NCBI GenBank assembly: GCA_964016885.1
Contig: OZ024741.1
Span: forward strand, 121,148,001-121,212,000
Reading direction: 5' to 3'
Source: Eledone cirrhosa
Lineage: Eukaryota
Length of the DNA: 64,000 nt
Shown here: piece after piece, positions 16,151 to 30,629 of the stretch
Layout: each line of letters opens with the position of its first letter
How positions within the stretch are numbered: the stretch's first letter is position 1
Notes under the pieces: model-generated
The model's input: the letters and a program-made list of their open reading frames with translations, nothing else
Told to the model about the DNA's origin: nothing
Database searches by the model: none
Program-made: the position numbers and the translations under genes

Positions 16151-16562
16151 TTAACCAGAATTAGTAAGTTAAATAATTATTTCTACTTTAAATAATGATT
16201 TCTAGTATAGGCACAAGGCCAACAATTTTGGCTCTTGAGGGAAGTGATTGCTAAGTTCAACAGAGGATTGAACCATCGATTGCTCCTTTCCTAGTCTCTA
16301 TTTGCGCGACTGGCAGGTTCTTGGCTGACGATCGCAGTGGAACGAAACTCAGGCCACAAATTAAATGCAGCACAGTGACTCATGGCTTTATCTCTGGCGG
16401 GATGATTACTTAGACTGAGCGGTTTCTTAAAATATATTTTATATATATTTTGTTTGGTATGTCCCGTTTTTTGTTTCATGGAAGGAGCGTTTACAGTTTT
16501 GATTGGACTTTATTTAAAGACAGCAAATTTGTGTGGATTACATTTGGTATATATATATATAT

Positions 16563-17855
16563 ATCATCATCATCATCATCATCAACGTTTAACGTCCGTG
16601 TTCCACGCTTGCATGGGTTTGGACGGGGGTAGTCCCACTTGAGGCAAGAGTGATTGTCTTGCTCGCATAGGACTGTCTGGCAGGTTTTCTACAGTTGGAT
16701 GCCCTTCCTAACACCAACCACATTTACAGTGTGGGTCTGGGAGGTTTTTACCGTGTTGCCTACACGGCCACATTACAGCGTGGACTGTGTGTTTTTTACA
16801 CGATCTCATTTGTTTCGGCCTGGATGGCGCGGCACCAACATAACTTTACATAGAACGGGGTGGTGTGGATGGGGTGGGGGTGGTGGCGGGACGGGGTGTA
16901 TTTTGTTAGAGATGCCTACTGGCAAGGCGGGTCTTCTCTGTTACTGAGTACCGCCAAAGGTCTCGGTCCAGTGACATTGTCTTGGAGAGGTGTAAGTGTG
17001 TGAGGTCGGAGTTTATCAGCTCATCCCAGGTTTGTCTAGGTCTGCCTATTCCGTGGCTTCCGTCTATCTTTATTGCCCTGCACTTTGTTATACAGCTATC
17101 GACTTTCATGCGCATCACGTGTCCATACCAACGCAGCCTTCTCTCGAGTAAACAACATCTGATCCCTCTTATCTCTAATTTTTTCCTTAGTTCGTTTATG
17201 CTTTGCCGTTCACGTATATTACTGTTACACATCCAGCGGAACATGCAAGCTTCGTTCCTCTCTAGTCTGCGTATATCCTCTGCACACAATGCCCAGGTCT
17301 CACTACCATGCAACATTGCTGTTCGTATGCAGGCATCGTACAACCTGCCTTTCATTTTTAGGGAGAACCCTTTAGCAGCTAATAGTGGTATAAGCTCTCT
17401 GAACTTTTTCCAACCAGTTCTGACTCTAGCTACAGTACTTTCAGAGCACCCTCCCCCACTGCTGATTTTATCGCCCAGGTAACGGAAGCTGTCCACTATT
17501 TCTATAGAACCCTCTGCGCAATTGAAAGAGCTAGTATTTTGTGGGCACTTGCTGCTACTTATTGCACCAGAACACCGGCCACATGTAAAATCTATGTTCT
17601 TAGTTAGCTTACCTGTGATCCCACTACATCTTTTATGCACCCATACTTTGCATTTAGGACATAAAATGGAGTTTCTACCTACGCCTTTCCTACACACCGA
17701 GCATGACCATTTCCCAGAAGGGACCGCCGCCTTGTTTTCTTTCCTACAAACTAGAACTTTGGTCTTAGCCAGGTTAATTTTAAGTCCTTTTGACTCCAGG
17801 CCGTGCTTCCATGTTTGGAATTTCTTCTCTAGCTCGGCCATTGATTCCGCTATGA

Positions 17856-17860
<5 letters not shown>
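16563..17860 (-). mobile_element. 5'-truncated RTE LINE with PHD-like finger, 3'UTR and (GAT)n tail
   Basis: 311-aa ORF 16906-17841 near-identical to the 32040 copy; (CAT)n at 16563-16583; 5' end abuts (TA)n. Confidence 0.95.
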
Positions 17861-17900
<40 letters not shown>

Positions 17901-18344
17901 TGAGTAGAAGAGGAGGGAGAGTGAATTCAATGCATGTTGTAGGGTGGATTTGATTCTATTGATGCTTGAAAGAAATTCATAAGTTCATAACAGAATTCTC
18001 AGTTTTAGACACACATATCCACACACACATATATATACATATATACAAACATATATATATATATATATTACCACTAACAGTGATTGGCAGGGTAGTAGTA
18101 GTAGTAGGCATACTAGGTATACAATCCCCTGACCAAACCGGCAGGTGGTAGTAGTAGGCATACTAAGCATACACCCTCTTGAACAAACCAGTAAGGCAAA
18201 ATTGATGAGAATCCTCACTTGAAGATGGTCAGCCAAACTGACAACAACTGGCCTTCTTGATTGCATTTGAGTCAAAAACATGTTTGTCTGTGTTTTTTTA
18301 TAGCCTCTTGGTTTGGGTTTACCACCATTCCTTTATTATATAAC

Positions 18345-18500
18345 TATTGCTTTGAAGTATAGAGTTACGTCCCTTTATGATCTGAGTTCAAATCCCGCCG
18401 AGGTCAACTTTGCCTTTCATCCTTACGAGGTCGATAAAATAAAGTACCAGTAATACACTGGATAATTGCTGGCCTTGTGCCAAAAAGTAGAAACAATTAT
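18345..18500 (+). mobile_element. Family-A SINE, 5'-truncated
   Basis: gagttcaaatcccgccgagg...gtaccagtaatacactgg...gaaacaattat. Confidence 0.8.
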
Positions 18501-18650
18501 ATAACTATTATGCAATAAACACTTGATGATACCACCACGATCTTATGGAACCTGGCCACTGAAATGTACAATGTTTGCTATAATAAATCTTTGAAGGAAT
18601 TTCACCAGTCCAGCCTCCTGTCATTTTACTCAATAATATATATATATATA

Positions 18651-18808
18651 ATAAATGTAATCTGAGTTTTTCAAATATTAATAATAATATTCAATTCGTT
18701 TGCAATTATGCAAACAAACCTCATTTTTAAAGCCATGTCAGTAGAATGAGCCCCTCATTCTTGCTCTTGTGTCGGCATAATATTCGAAAAACTCAGATTA
18801 CATTTATT
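18651..18808. repeat. Short TA-flanked element with ~30-bp inverted termini; related copy at ~34426-34560
   Basis: ataaatgtaatctgagtttttc / gaaaaactcagattacatttat; shared body aaagccatgtcagtaga..tgagcccctcattcttgctc. Confidence 0.75.
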
Positions 18809-18938
18809 GTATTTAGCCATGTAGAGTGAAAAATTTTATATATATTTATATATATATAGTAAAAATTGAACGGGAACAAAACAGAGAGGCAGTACGAACA
18901 AAGGTTTATTAGTTTCACGCTCTTGAGAGTGGGGTGGT

Positions 18939-18975
<37 letters not shown>

Positions 18976-19056
18976 TTGTATATATACATATATATATATA
19001 CAGACTCACACACACACAAAGCTACATCCTATTTCTATTATATATATATATATATA

Positions 19057-19243
19057 ATTGTTTCTACTTTAGGCACAAGGCCAGCAATTACCCAGTAAAT
19101 TACTGGTACTTTATTTTATCGACCCCGTAAGGATGAAAGGCAAAGTCAAACTCGGCGGGATTTGAACTCAGATCGTAAAGGGACGTAACTATGCTGGAAA
19201 GCATGGCGTCCGACCCTCTACCGATACTGCCAATCCACCACCC
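19057..19243 (-). mobile_element. Family-A SINE, full length, within (TA)n
   Basis: Complete reverse-complement match to the window consensus. Confidence 0.85.
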
Positions 19244-19336
19244 TATATATATATATATAATGAAGGAAATGTGGTAAGGAACCAGGTGGACCATAACGCA
19301 CCAAAGTACTCAATACTTAGGGTAGTAGAGTGGGTA

Positions 19337-19477
19337 ATAGGAACGAGTAGGACCCCGACGGCTGAGCTCAAGCCGTTTCAACGGCTAATTCTGGACTAAA
19401 AAAAAAAAAAAAAAATTTTTTAGTCCAGAATTAGCCGTCGAAACGGCTTGAGCTCAGCCGTCGGGGTCCTACTCGTT

Positions 19478-19482
<5 letters not shown>
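19337..19482. repeat. Hairpin (~65-bp arms) made of a hammerhead 3' half; single copy at ~58126-58180
   Basis: GAAA CGGCT-tgagctc-AGCCG UC ggggtcctactcgttcc-(TA)n and its reverse complement, joined by a poly-A/T spacer. Confidence 0.85.
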
Positions 19483-19525
<43 letters not shown>

Positions 19526-19526
19526 T

Positions 19527-20045
19527 ATAGTTATATTTGGGGAGGCTCATATCGTTTTAATATTGCCAGAAATAATAATAAAACATACTCACTGTTTGGT
19601 TTGGATTGGTTTTCGCTTCTGTATATTTTATATCTCCATAGTTAATTTAGCAGGCAATTAATGTTTATCGATTGCAATTAATGTTTATTAATTGCACAAA
19701 CAGAGACAAGAATAAATAAATAAATATAAAAAGGGAATAGAAATTTCAATACAACAGAAGAAAACATAATAGTACCACTGATGTCACAGGTGTGTGATGG
19801 AAGAACTTTGATAGACTATATATATTTATGTCTATATTTATAACCATTGGTCAATCAATAATAAACATCGGTTGCCAGCTAAATTAACTATAGTAATATA
19901 AAATATACAGAAGCGAAAACCAATCCAAACCAAACAGTGAGTGTGTTTTATTATTATTTCTGGCAATATTATAATAATATGACCCTCCCCAAATATAACA
20001 ATATTTGTTTCAGTACACGATTTCATATAAAAAACCTAGCAAAAC
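19527..20045. repeat. TA-flanked element with ~130-bp diverged inverted arms; same family as the 61538-61720 palindrome
   Basis: gttatatttggggagg...cactgtttggtttggattgg versus ccaatccaaaccaaacagtg...cctccccaaatataac; tail ttgtttc..acacgatttcatataaaaa shared with 61679-61720. Confidence 0.8.
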
Positions 20046-20085
20046 AAATATATATATATATATATTTATATGCATATACATACAT

Positions 20086-22253
20086 GTCGGGGAGAAGTGT
20101 GTCCGTAACAATGATGGTGTACTTGCCATCACTGATGCTGATAAGAAGGTAGCTTGGAAGTGTCACTATGCGAGGCTACTAAATGAGGAGAATAAATTGG
20201 AAAAAGATAGTCTGCCCCAAATCGATCCAATAGAGGGACCAGCAATGCAAGTTGAAGGAAGTATAATAAGTAAGGTAATCAAAGATATGAAGACAGGCAA
20301 GGCAGCTGGGCCTTCGGAGATAGTTGCTGAAATACTGAAAGCATCTGGAATAGTGGGACACACTATGGTCACCTGGATAATAAACAAAGTCATACAGAAT
20401 GGGGTCATACCAAAATACTGGCGTAGCAGCATCATCATTAACTGCTACAAGGGTAAAGGAGATGTTCTAGATAGGGGAAACTATAAAGGCATTAAATTGA
20501 TTGACTAGGTCACAGAAAAAGTTATAGCGCAACTAATCAGAGAGTGAATTGATCTAGATGAAATGCAGTTCGGGTTTGTGTCAGGTACCATGGACGCTCT
20601 TTTCCTTGTACGACAACTACAGGATACAGGAGAAGTACCTAGCTAAAAGTAAACACCTATACTTAGCTTTTGTTGACTTGGAGAAAGCCTTTGACAGAGT
20701 CCCCTGCTCCATTATCTGGTGGGCTCTTAGAAAACTAGGTGTTGATGAAGGGCTTGTGAGAGCTATACAAGCCATGTATAAAGAAACAGTCAGCAAGGTT
20801 AGAATTAACAACGAATATAGTGAAGAGTTTAGCGTAAAAGTTGGTGTTCATCAAGGCTCTGTCCTTAGCCCCCTCCTATTTATTATTGCCCTTCAGGCTA
20901 TAACAGAGGAGTTCAAGACCGGCTGCCCATGGGAACTTCTATACGCAGATGATCTAACTCTCATTGCTGAATCGATGGCTGAACTAGAGAAGAAATTCCA
21001 AACATGGAAGCATGGCCTAGAATCAAAAGGCCTTAAAGTTAACTTGTCTAAGACTAAAGTTCTAGTATGTAGAAAGGAAAATAGGGTACAGTGTGTAGGA
21101 AAGGAGTAGGCAGAAATTCCATATTATGTCCCAAATGCAAACTATGGGTACATAAAAGATGTAGTGGGATCACAGGTAAGCTATCTAAGAACATAGATTT
21201 TATATGTGGCCGATGCTCAGGTGCAATAAGTAGCAAGTGCCCACAGGATACTAACTCCTTCAACTGCCCAGATGGTTCGATAGAAATAGTGGACACCTTC
21301 CTTTACCTGGGTGACAAAATCGGCAGTGGTGGAGGGTGTTCTGAAAGTACAGTAGCCAGAGTCAGAACGGGATGGAAAAAGTTCAGAGAGCTTATACCAC
21401 TATTGGCCACTAAAGGTTTCTCCCTAAAAATGAAAGGCAGATTGTATGATGCCTGTATATGAACAGCAATGTTACATGGCAGTGAGACATGGGCTTTGTG
21501 TGCAGATGATTTGCGCACACTGGAGAGGAACGAAGCATCCATGCTCCGTTGGATGTGTAATAGTAATATACGCGAACGGCAAAGCATAAATGAACTGAGT
21601 GAGAAATTAGGAATAAGAGAGATCAGATGCTGTTTACTCGAAAGAAGACTATGTTGGTATGATCATGTGATGCGCATGAAAGACAACAGTTGTATAAAAA
21701 AGTGGAGGGTGATCTTAATTGATGGTAGTTACGGAGTAGGTAGACCCAGAAAAAACTGGGACGATTTCATAAATTCCAACCTTACACACTTACACCTCTC
21801 TAAGACAATGTCACTGGACCGAGAGCTTTGGCGCTACGCAGTAATACAGAAGACCCGCCTTGCCTATGTACAAAGCGAAACCTACAGTCAGTAGGCACCT
21901 CTTAACCAAATATATACCCCATCCTACTACCCCTACTCCGCCCCCACTCCCACCAACACCACCCTTTCTCTGCAAAGTTATGTTGGTACCACAACATCCA
22001 GTCCAAAATAAATGGTTGTGTAGGAGTCACGACATAATGCGGCCGTGTAGGTAACACGGTATTAACCTCCCAGTCCACACTGTAAACGTGGTTGGTGTTA
22101 GGAAGGGCATCCAGCCATAGAAAACCTGCCAGACAGTCCTACACAAGCGAGACATGGTCACCCGACCAATCTTGCCTCAAGTAGGACAATTCCTGTCTAA
22201 ACCCATGCTAGCGTGGAAGATATATGTTAAACGATGATGATGATGATGATGAT
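20086..22253 (+). mobile_element. 5'-truncated RTE LINE (RT + PHD-like finger), pseudogenised
   Basis: ORFs 20005-20508, 20558-21109 (LYADD), 21091-21462, 21469-21894; (GAT)n tail at ~22233-22253. Confidence 0.95.
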
Positions 22254-22405
22254 ACAAACACACACATATACATATGTAAAATACAATAGTTTCTAAGTTT
22301 GGTAAATTTGAAATATTTTTATTATGATCATGTACATAAGGTTTTGCAAGTCCAACTTATTGACTTTACTTTATTTACTGAAAAATACAACAGCAATATA
22401 TGCGA

Positions 22406-22480
<75 letters not shown>

Positions 22481-22696
22481 CATATATATATACATATATA
22501 CATACATATATATATACATATATATATACATATATATATATATACATACATATATATATATACATATATATACATATATATGTACATATATTCTATGGAA
22601 GGCAGGGTAGACACACAATAATTAAAAATATAAATTAAAATGTATATACGCACCTCTATAATCGTGATATATATATATATATATAAATATATATAT

Positions 22697-22803
<107 letters not shown>

Positions 22804-23076
22804 CACATATATATATACACATATACATATATACATATATATATATATATACACACATATATATATATATATATATATACATACATATGCATAACAAGGC
22901 ACACTCAGTGTTTGTAATAAGTACCCTGTGGTCATAAAACTGTGGTCATAGAATTATGGTGGAGCAAAAATGATTAGATTCACAAAATAACTGCATGTGT
23001 AGAATATCTGTTGAAAGAACTGTTGAATCTTTAATGAAATCTGCTTGAATGGAAAACTAGTGTAACTGCTTATCTG

Positions 23077-23181
<105 letters not shown>

Positions 23182-23283
23182 ACATATACACACATATATA
23201 TATACATATACATATATATATACATATACATATACATATATATACATATACACACATATATATACATATATATACACACATAC

Positions 23284-23333
<50 letters not shown>

Positions 23334-23479
23334 TCGGATTCCTATATTAGATTTTCACCCTGGAAATGGATTTTTAACCAGACTCTAGATGAACTTTCAT
23401 TTGGATATCTTTTCGGATCTCTGGATTTTCTTATGACTTCTTACATGTACATATACATATATATACTTATATATACACT

Positions 23480-23545
<66 letters not shown>

Positions 23546-23581
23546 TACATATAGATACATATATATAAATATACATATACA

Positions 23582-23643
<62 letters not shown>

Positions 23644-23644
23644 A

Positions 23645-24577
<933 letters not shown>

Positions 24578-25147
24578 CTATGATGTGCCCATTTAACGAA
24601 TCACCTTTACATTTCATAATTGGCGGTACTATAGAGAAATATATGAAAAATTAATGCAGCAGTTTCTTTTTTTCTGAATCGGCTAAAATGACTCTTCTAT
24701 GATATATACACATTTAAGTGAGCTGATAATATAACCATATACAGGCTAAGAAAATTTTAAAGTTCAATATGATTTTATAGGCCACAACAAGATAGGTAAT
24801 AAACAGTTCAGAGTTTAATCCAATGGGTAGATTTCCAATCACAGTAGTGTTATAATTTCACAGAGCATATATATATTGGGTCGTCAAGTATGAAATTTGA
24901 AGAAATTGTTTTTTTTCTACAAATTTCTACAAATTTCATACTTGATGATATATATATATATGTAAAGTTAAGACAAATTGAAGTAAAAGTTCTTTAAAAT
25001 TTCTTTAAAACAGATTGACACCGTCCTGGTGATAAACCATAATATATATATATATGACTTGTACAGGACTGGTTATTTCCTAATCCCCTTCAGGATATAT
25101 ATACATGTATATATATATGTAGTTGTTTTGTCTTTGAGTGTTTCAGC

Positions 25148-25192
25148 TTTACATCTGAAAACAGGGTAATAGCCCTGAAATATCATGCTAAA
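25148..25192 (+). ncRNA. Degenerate hammerhead motif (C3-A8 mismatch)
   Basis: tttacat / CUGAAAA / c-agggt-aata-gccct / GAA AUAU C / atg(c)taaa. Confidence 0.45.
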
Positions 25193-25562
25193 ATACACTT
25201 GGTAAAACATTACTTTGTTTTGTTTTGTTTGTCATCATTTGCCCTTTGTATTTTTCTACCGCATTGTACTGGCTTTTAAGAAATTATCGGTCTTTCACTA
25301 CATATCCCACAATGCTTTGTCTTAACTACACTACCACATATATATATATATGTGTGTGTATATATATATATGTGTATATATATATATATGATTGCTAATC
25401 TTCTCTTTTATGCTTATAAATATTTAAAGAAAATATTCTGTGAGTAATAAATGTGGTTGTTAGTATTGTTTGTTTGTTTGTCGTCTGTTTGTTATTTTTT
25501 CTTGTTGATATTGTCGCTCATAGATTCTTTTAATGTGAAATAATGTGACTGATTTTAAATTA

Positions 25563-25892
25563 TTATGCATTCCATTGCCACATATCACGGCTGGAATTGT
25601 CCAACATCATTGGTGGAACTCCTCGTTTTTCCGGGTAACCATAGATGAGTCTTGGATCTTCGTATTGGTTGTAAAGAGGGTCTGGAATGGTAGCAACCAT
25701 TGGATAGTTGGTGTAAGCAAAGTCGCTGGCGCGGGATTTGTTGTCAAATGTTAATTTGTCATCGTAACGCTCTCCTTTCAAATACCATGCTGCAAACGCA
25801 TAGAAAGTTCCAGTTATACATGAGAGAATCATGCTAACCCAGCCAAGGGCATACGAATAGCCATACGATCTAGATGTTGCTTTGACAATATC
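25563..25892 (-). CDS. Terminal coding exon of the claudin/PMP22-superfamily gene; TM4 and cytoplasmic tail
   Basis: cttcttttttag-type acceptor then GATATTGTC...; DIVKATSRSYGYSYALGWVSMILSCITGTFYAFAAWYLKG...MWQWNA*; YGYSY-x-LGW before TM4 is typical of the claudin/PMP22/TMEM114-like family; TAA at 25563-25565. Confidence 0.9.
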   Translation of the reverse strand, partial: DIVKATSRSYGYSYALGWVSMILSCITGTFYAFAAWYLKGERYDDKLTFDNKSRASDFAYTNYPMVATIPDPLYNQYEDPRLIYGYPEKRGVPPMMLDNSSRDMWQWNA

Positions 25893-26104
25893 CTAAAAAG
25901 AAGAAATAAAAAAATGCTTGAAACGAACATAATTTTTTTATTAATGAAAAGAAGGAAAAAATTGAAAGCAAAATGTTTTTAAAAAAACCCTAAAGAAAAT
26001 GGTTGATAAATGAAGAAATAATGAAAACAAAAGGAAAATGGAAATGATAAAAAATAAAAGAAAAGGAAATGATAAGAATGAAAGGAAAAAAAAAAGATGA
26101 CAGG

Positions 26105-26290
26105 GAGCAGATTTGTCAAGATGGAGGCTTTTAGTCATAACTCTGCATAACTCCTTGGGCCTAGGGCTACCTCCCTACTCACCACCATTGGCACAGAGTT
26201 GGCTAGCAGGTGCGAGCCTCATGAGCTGGAATGGCTTTTCCAGCACTTTTCTCTCACCTTCTCTATTTTGTCCAGCGGGGCTGCAGAGCA
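26105..26290 (+). mobile_element. Restriction-like endonuclease (REL) fragment of an early-branching (CRE-like) non-LTR element
   Basis: Frame reads LGPRATSLLTTIGTELASRCEPHELEWLFQHF, resembling the G...IG...EP...LFQR C-terminal REL pattern. Confidence 0.5.
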
Positions 26291-26556
26291 GCCAGTTTGT
26301 GGACCTCCATTTGCTCATAATAGTGAGAGATGGGGAAAGTAGGAGAGATAGAGGCAGTGACATTGGGAATTTGGTTCCTTTGTGTTAGGACCTGGTGTAT
26401 TGTATATGTATGTTTCACTGACACACTCACATTAAAATACTTGCAATGATAAATTACTTCATCAAAACTCAGCATATGTGGCAGCAGGAGGCCTATCATA
26501 GGGAGGGGGAAGACTTTAGAAAAGGTCTCCTTAAAAGTGTCTGTCAATAGAAAGTA

Positions 26557-26724
26557 CCGTATTTCCTGGCGTCGAAAATGCTATTTTTTTCCTAAAATAA
26601 GTCTAAAAAATCTACCATGTGTCCTGGAGACCAAAAGATGTTTATTATTTTTTTTCAAATTTTTGGTTGTCAAAATTAGGGTGCGTCCTCGAGGATCAAG
26701 CATCTTCGGTGCCAGGAAATACAG
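26557..26724. mobile_element. Tc/pogo-type MITE with TA target duplication
   Basis: TA|ccgtatttcctggcg ... tgccaggaaatacag|TA. Confidence 0.75.
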
Positions 26725-26799
26725 TAGTCAGTGTATCGTGACTGATTGTTGTTCATTTAAGCAGTGCAAATTACAAAAGAAATTCAAGAAAATACATAT

Positions 26800-28410
26800 A
26801 TGAAAGTGGGTTGTTGGAATGTCTGTACATTATAAGACTCTGAGAATAGTAGAGAGAGAAAGACAGCAACTGTGGTTTCTGACACTGGAAAGATACAAGA
26901 TGGATATTGTTGCACTTGCGGAAACCAGGTCTCCTGGGGAAGGTCATTTAGACAGATTATACATCGTTTGTCTGTCTGTCTGCTTGTCCGTTTGTTTGTA
27001 TGTATATATGTATGTACGTAAGTATTTATGTATGTATATATGTATGTATGCATGTATGTATGTCTGTATGTGTGTATGTATGTATGTTTGGCAACAGGTC
27101 GGTGACTTTAGTCTAGATAGGGTAATGACATGTGTAAATGTAAATGTGATGGTGGGGAGAGAGTGTAGACGTTATTGTGGTGGCGGGGGGGGGGGGGGGG
27201 CAGTGAGATGTATCTAGTTCATTTGTCTACCTGGCAAGCACTGCCAATCGATACAGCAACCTTGATAGTGAAATCTCACTTAGGATTAGGAAAGCAAGTG
27301 ATGCTTTCGGAAAGCTAGAAAGGCGACTCTGGGGTCAGCGAGACATATGCAAGAAGACAAAGGTAAAGGTGTACAAGGCATGTGTGCTCTCTTGTCTTCT
27401 TTATGCCTGCAAGACCTGGGTCACATATCGACACCACCTTAAGCAATTGGAGCATTTCCATCTGATGTGTCTCAGACGGATCCATGGCGTTCACTGGAGG
27501 GACCACATCAGTGATGTCGAGATTTTTGAAAGCTCTATGTGTGACAGTATAGAAGCTCTTGTGCTTAAGCAACGACTCCGTTGGAGTGGTCACCTTGCCA
27601 GGATGAAGGATTCTAGAATACCAAAACAACTCTTTTATGGAGAGTTAGTTAAAGGAAAACGACCGCCACATAAACTAAAAAAGAGGTATAAGGATTCCTT
27701 GAAGGCCTCTTTGAAAGATGCTAACATCTCTGCTGATACATGGGAAAATATTGCTGCTGATCGTAATAAATGGAGAAAGACTGTATATGAGGGAAAAGTT
27801 GCCTTTGAGGCATCTCGAATCGCATACAACAAAGTAAAGCGGGATGTGAGGAAGGGCATTGCTGTTGCACTTCCAGACGGCGAGGGTCCTCCTATGGTGC
27901 TAACATGCAGCGTCTGTGCGAGACTCTGCCTAAGCAAAGCTGGACTCGAAAGTCATCTTCGCAGTCATAAAGTAAGACCAGTGGTTGACTACCAGGCTGC
28001 TGTTGGAGATGCTACTCATCATGCTTGCCAAACATGTGGTAGAGAATGTAGATCAGCAGGAGGGCTCAAGCGACATGCAAAAGTACATGAACTCCAACCA
28101 CAGCCGGCTATTCCCAGTGAATGTTTTGGTTGCTGACTCTGTGCAAGACATTTTAGATCATTGGCTGGGCTAAAAAGCCACATTCGATCGCAGCGCTGTT
28201 AGTTGCTATCGTGTGTGTATAGATATGTTTATGTGTGTGTGTATATATATATATGTATATGTATATTATTATTGTTGTTGTTGTCATTATTATTATTGTT
28301 GTTATTATTATTGTTATTAATATATATGTATGAATATATATATATATATATATATATTTTTTTTCTCATGCAATGGCCATACTCGATAACGAGGGGGCAG
28401 CCATCATCAT
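26800..28410 (+). mobile_element. Internally deleted RTE (BovB-like) LINE with C-terminal C2H2 zinc fingers
   Basis: APE start MKVGCWNV...DIVALAETR (26800-26950); 3' part YKACVLSCLLY..LRWSGHLARMKDSRIPKQLFYGEL, then CSVCARLC..H..H and CQTCGREC..H..H. Confidence 0.88.
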
Positions 28411-28724
28411 GTATGTATGTATGTTCTGGTTTTATAATTTCACAAATTTTTACCAATAGAGAGAGAGAGTCGGTTTCTAATATAGACACAAGACTCTCTC
28501 ATTGGAATTTAAACAACATCAACTAGGTAGATATGTATGCATGTCTGCATGTGTGTGCAGGTATGGATGTTATTGTATGTGTGGATGTGAATATTTTGAG
28601 TTGTATGTGTGCATGTGCATATGCTTTGTATCTGTAAATGTTTACATGGAGTTATTAGATGCAGAATTTTTGGAATGTTTTACATATTTTTTTACTATTA
28701 ATGGATTGTATTTGTAAATTCCTA

Positions 28725-29620
28725 ACTAGTCATGTTCTTTCTGTTCCTGGGAGGCCTAGCTTCTCGAGATTTGTATTGGGGCAGTTACTAACATATCCCA
28801 GTGCCCCAATAATCACAGGCATAAATCTGAAGGTGTAATCAGGGTGGAGTATCTGCAGATTTCTCATCAGTTCTGCATAAATATTCTCCTTTTCACTAAT
28901 CTTTGATATTATATTGGCATCTGCTGGGCAGCTAATTTCCACTACTGTGCATGCTTTCTTCTCTCTGTCCCATATCATAGTATCTGGTCTGTTATGCCTG
29001 CATTTTATTGGGGTTTTTACTGGAACATTCCACCAGTATTCTTTCATATTAATTATTCATGTGAAATGTAATTTCTGTAACATCAGATGAAAGAATGGTA
29101 TTTAACTAATGTATTGGTACGCGATGGGGCCCACCCACAGCCCCGGCGGACAGAATGGAGAAGGCGTTATGTATGTATATGTCTTCCACATTGCTGTAGC
29201 TTTTAATGTGTTTATTGTCTTTTCTATGGATTGCATTGTGTAGTGTTTTGGCCACTACATAATGCTTTATAGGTAGATAGTACTGTGATGACATATTTGG
29301 ACAGCTGCTTATGGCATGGGTGACATCTTCGATGTTAATTCTGTAGAGTCTGCATTTGTTGTCACATCTAGGTGTTTTACCTGCATCTCTATTTCTTTTG
29401 AATCAGGTATTTTGTGTTGATTTCCTGTTCTTGGATTGAAAAAGCATATCCTTCAAAGTGGGAGCCAATATAGCGGTTGTTGGTCCAAGATAGACTACAT
29501 TGCTTATCTATATTACTCTCACTTTGGGGCTTCCTGGCAACATATCCATGCGTGATCGTTTGCTGATAAGCATGCAGTTTTTCATCCATGGATTCGCTGT
29601 GGTATTGCTGGGCAATTTCC
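28725..29620 (-). mobile_element. R4/Dong-like non-LTR retrotransposon 3' fragment (CCHC knuckle + REL)
   Basis: QEQEINTKYL, KCRLxR...DVTHAISSCP, HNRPDTMIWDREKKACTVVEISCP...K..Y...PVIIGALG. Confidence 0.8.
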
Positions 29621-29683
29621 CTGGGTGTGAGTTTTTGATGTGTGTGTGTATGCGTGTATGTATGTATATTATAGTTTACTCAC

Positions 29684-29793
29684 ATCTGACCAATTCTTTT
29701 GAAAGAGAATGTTTCCAATTTTGTCTTCAATCTTGTTTCTCTCGAGGAATTCCATTCCATGGAATGACGCCATTGCCAAGGCCACACAAAATG
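29684..29793 (-). CDS. Internal exon (phase 1/0) of the claudin-like gene; end of TM3 and extracellular loop 2
   Basis: ttctgactttag|CATTTTGT...TGGTCAGAT|gtgagt; 110 nt; AFCVALAMASFHGMEFLERNKIEDKIGNILFQKNWSD. Not present in the ORF track. Confidence 0.9.
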
Positions 29794-29823
29794 CTAAAGT
29801 CAGAAATAAAGAGATAATTTAGA

Positions 29824-29872
<49 letters not shown>

Positions 29873-30408
29873 GTATTATGTAAATGTGTAACATCGAAGG
29901 AATATATTGGAAAATGGCCTTCTGTTTTAATTAATAATTAATATATATATATATATATCCACTATATGGAAATGACCATTTCTAGCTGAGGTTTACTATA
30001 AGCCATATGCAAATGAGCATATCCAGCAAGTGATCATCACACAAAATACTATATAGACCATAGTCTATTCCATGCCAGTATGTTTTGAATGAGTGTCACA
30101 GATGAAAGATCAACAAATCTTGTATCAGTGCAGTCAGACATGATATATTCATAGAAAAAATAACAATTTAACAATATTTTTCTTCTGCAGCGAAGCTACC
30201 CATATGTTTATTGTATACAAATGTATAATATATGTTTTCATATATGCCCCTATTATGCTTAAACACTGTCTTAATGCTACTGCCAATTATATATAAGATG
30301 ACTACCTGAATACGCATGTGTATTTTTTCTCCCCCTTTTTTCCCTCATTTCTCCATGTTCCTTCCTCTTATCACTCTTTACTTTCTATCTATCTTCTATT
30401 TCTAACTA

Positions 30409-30444
30409 TCTTCTGACGAAGGACTAGGGTCTGAAATGTTAAGA
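30409..30444 (+). ncRNA. Minimal hammerhead motif (weak stem III)
   Basis: tctt / CUGACGA / a-ggac-tagg-gtct / GAA AUGU U / aaga; same family as the motif at 13985(-) next to a PLE. Confidence 0.55.
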
Positions 30445-30510
30445 CACTCTAAACTAATATATTTCTTCTATGTACTGTGTTGTTTGTCTTGTTATTTCTA
30501 TTTACCTTTT

Positions 30511-30545
<35 letters not shown>

Positions 30546-30629
30546 GTCTGCGGTGCTGAGACCCAAGAGACTACTAATAATGTAAGTACTCGATACATGG
30601 CGAGATGTAGAGTGGGTATAGAGATATGT

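Noticed and set aside
16982-17482. Antisense ORFs over RTE copies
   Set aside because: Shadow frames of the LINE coding strand.
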